A DNA stretch of 64,000 nucleotides from Trichodelitschia bisporula (taxonomy: Eukaryota): NCBI GenBank assembly GCA_010356995.1, contig ML996690.1, positions 141,101-205,100 on the forward strand. Direction: 5' to 3'. Positions 61,733-64,000 of this stretch are shown here, piece after piece. A program made the translations under genes and the position numbers. The notes beneath the pieces were generated by a model. It saw nothing but the letters and a program-made list of their open reading frames with translations. It was not told the DNA's origin and made no database searches. How positions within the stretch are numbered: the stretch's first letter is position 1; each line of letters opens with the position of its first letter.

Positions 61733-61759
61733 TTTCGCGTGAAGGCGCGCCAACGCGTT
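61733..61759. promoter_or_regulatory. MCB-like elements in a ~260-bp bidirectional promoter
   Basis: TTTCGCGT (61733) and AACGCGTT (61752) between the divergent TyrRS and MSH6 starts. ACGCGT is the MBF/MCB site typical of G1/S repair genes. Confidence 0.55.
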
Positions 61760-61880
61760 GACGTGAACCCATTTCCCGCTGCACTTTCGACCCGTCCATT
61801 GCAACCCCCAACTTCACCCCCCAAAACAAACCTTCGCACAACCTCTTTTACCTCTGCAGAACCGTTTCCCAGCCTTCACA

Positions 61881-64000
61881 ATGGCTAAGGGAAACGACAG
61901 CGCGGCTTCAACGCCAAAAGGCTCAGTCAAAAAGACGCCGTCGCAGTCCACCCTGAAGGGCCAGAAAAGCATCCTGGGTTTCTTCTCAAAGACCACGCCT
62001 AAGCCGGCAAACCTCGCGACGCGCCTTGCCGCGACTCCCGTTGACCGCAATACGCCGGTTCCAAGCAGTGATCCGGTTGCTCTTTCTAGTCCCCTGACCA
62101 CTGGGCGCAACAAGGAGAATGGTCGGGCTTCTCGTCCTGCCGCAGTGAAGCGTGCTGGCGAGGACGCAGACGACATGCCTAGCTCACCAGTGAAGAAGGT
62201 ATGTGATGTAATTGCGATATATTTTCCGCACTGACAACTTCAGGGGAGGAAGGCCGTTAAATACGCGGAGTCGGAAGATGAGGCCAATATCGACGAGGTC
62301 TTCAAACCTGTCGACGCAAACCGGCGTAGAGTGAACCCCAGCAAGCGCAGAAAGACGGCCATTGAAGATTCTGACGACGAGTTCGGCCTTGATGCGGACA
62401 CGGAGGCCGCCATGCTTGCGGCCGAAGAAGGCATGTTCTATGTCCAGTTTCATAACCCTAGCTGACGTACCAGACATGGACAACTTTGTCGTTCCTGATG
62501 ACTCTGATGATGACGTTGCAGCCTCAAATAAGCGCAAGCGGTCCGCACCGAAAGCACGCAAGGCGATCCCGTCGTCCCCTCCGCGCCCGTCCACCGACAA
62601 TGAAGATGTGGAAATGGACGGGCCCACGGCTACGGCTTCACAGTGGGCGTATGATCCTGAGAATCCCGGTCCGCGCAATCCTTATAGGAAACCGGTTGAG
62701 GCCAAGAAGTCAGACAAGAAGCAGAAGGCACACATGAGCGAGCCTGACCAGCGGTATCCATGGTTAGCCAACATTAAGGATGCGGATAGAAACCCCATCG
62801 GTCACCCCGACTATGACCCGCGGACCATCTTTATCCCCCCCGGTGCTTGGAACAAATTCTCGCCGTTTGAAAAGCAGTACTGGGAGATCAAGTGCAAGCT
62901 CTGGGACACCATCGTCTTCTTCAAGAAGGGCAAGTTCTATGAACTCTACGAGAACGATGCCACCATTGGCCACCAGCTGTTCGACCTCAAGCTCACCGAC
63001 CGTGTCAATATGCGTATGGTCGGAGTCCCAGAGGCGAGTCTGGATCTATGGGCGAACCAGTTCCTTGCCAAGGGCTTCAAGATTGCTCGCGTGGATCAGA
63101 TGGAGAGTGCGCTTGCGAAGGAGATGCGAGAGCGGGATGATTCGGGCCCGAAGAGCAAGAAGGAGGAGAAGATCATCAAGCGCGAGCTGGCCAGTGTGCT
63201 GACGCTGGGCACCCTCGTCGACCCCGGCATGTTGCAAGACGACATGGCCACGTACTGCGTTGCCATTAAGGAGTCTGAAGAAGATGGTCGCCCGGTTTTC
63301 GGTATCGCCTTTGTCGACACCGCCACCGCTCAATTCCAGCTCTCGGAATTTGTCGATGACGTCGACATTACCAAGTTCGAGACCTTCGTCGCTCAGATTC
63401 GACCTGCTGAGCTTCTGCTCGAAAAGGTATGGAGTGTTCTTTCGTATGTTTCGTTAATTAACACCCCTAGGGTTGCATCTCTACTAAAGCGCTTCGTATC
63501 TTGAAGAACAACACCGGGCCTACTACGCTCTGGAACTACCTCAAGCCTGGCAAGGAGTTCTTGGAGGCCGACGTTGCTTGCCGCGACATTGATGGGAGCG
63601 ACTACTTCAAGTCGGATGACGGAGCTAATGCGTGGCCCAAGGCGCTCGAAGAAGCACGCGAGAAGGAGGTTGTGATGTCCGCCTTCGGTGCATTGCTCCA
63701 ATATCTCCGTCTTGTTAAACGCGACCAGGAGCTCATCTCCCTCGGGAACTTTACCTGGTACGATCCGATTCGTAAGGCTACTAGCTTGGTTCTGGACGGG
63801 CAAACCCTCATCAACCTCGAGATCTTCGCAAACACCTTCGATGGTGGCGCCGAGGGAACCTTGTTCCAGATGATCAACCGTTGTGTCACGCCCTTCGGCA
63901 AGCGCATGCTGCGGCAGTGGGTCTGCCACCCGCTCGCCGATGCCGCTAAGATCAATGCGCGCCTTGACGCCGTCGAAGCCATCATGGCCGATTCCGCCTT
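61881..64000 (+). CDS. MSH6: DNA mismatch repair protein Msh6 (3' end beyond window)
   Basis: PIP box QKSILGFF, YDPRT..IPP, FEKQYWEIK, FFKKGKFYELYE.DA, MVGVPE, LDGQTL.NLEIF and TPFGKRMLRQW; introns about 62199-62243, 62432-62473 and 63427-63470. Confidence 0.96.

Noticed and set aside
1..64000. Secondary-metabolite cluster or horizontally acquired island
   Set aside because: No PKS/NRPS/terpene synthase or tailoring-gene cluster; the genes are unrelated housekeeping functions with ordinary fungal introns.

Overview
Gene-dense eukaryotic DNA from a filamentous ascomycete (Pezizomycotina; Dothideomycete-like is an inference). Genes carry short GT-AG introns, mostly about 40-60 nt, with CTAAC/CTGAC branch points. 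I can support about 22 protein genes and one intron-containing tRNA-Gly(GCC). The protein genes are: an MTC4-like protein, a Sip1/raffinose-synthase GH36, SAC1, a Rab5 (Ypt52-like), RCF1, a GPI/Kre9-like wall protein, a GH3 beta-glucosidase, mitochondrial IleRS, UPF0183/PHAF1, FAT1-like acyl-CoA synthetase, kinesin-5 BimC, CAF-1 p60 (Cac2), a PTH11-like membrane protein, an orphan, pyruvate kinase, a small HTH protein, eisosome Pil1, an ABCC transporter, a small secreted Cys-rich protein, an Amun-like HhH protein, mitochondrial TyrRS (CYT-18 type) and partial MSH6. I found no transposase, CRISPR or rRNA. The most unusual element is non-coding, at about 12.37-13.05 kb. It is a tandem duplication of a ~320-bp unit in which each copy is a long imperfect hairpin, with compensatory changes within each hairpin and a TATA-like box upstream. 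It is a candidate hairpin-RNA/milRNA (endo-siRNA) locus. A second window-wide oddity is that many coding sequences switch abruptly between C-rich and G-rich synonymous blocks, usually C-rich at the 5' end and G-rich at the 3' end. Family calls come from motif recognition by eye, not database searches, and exon boundaries were read manually.
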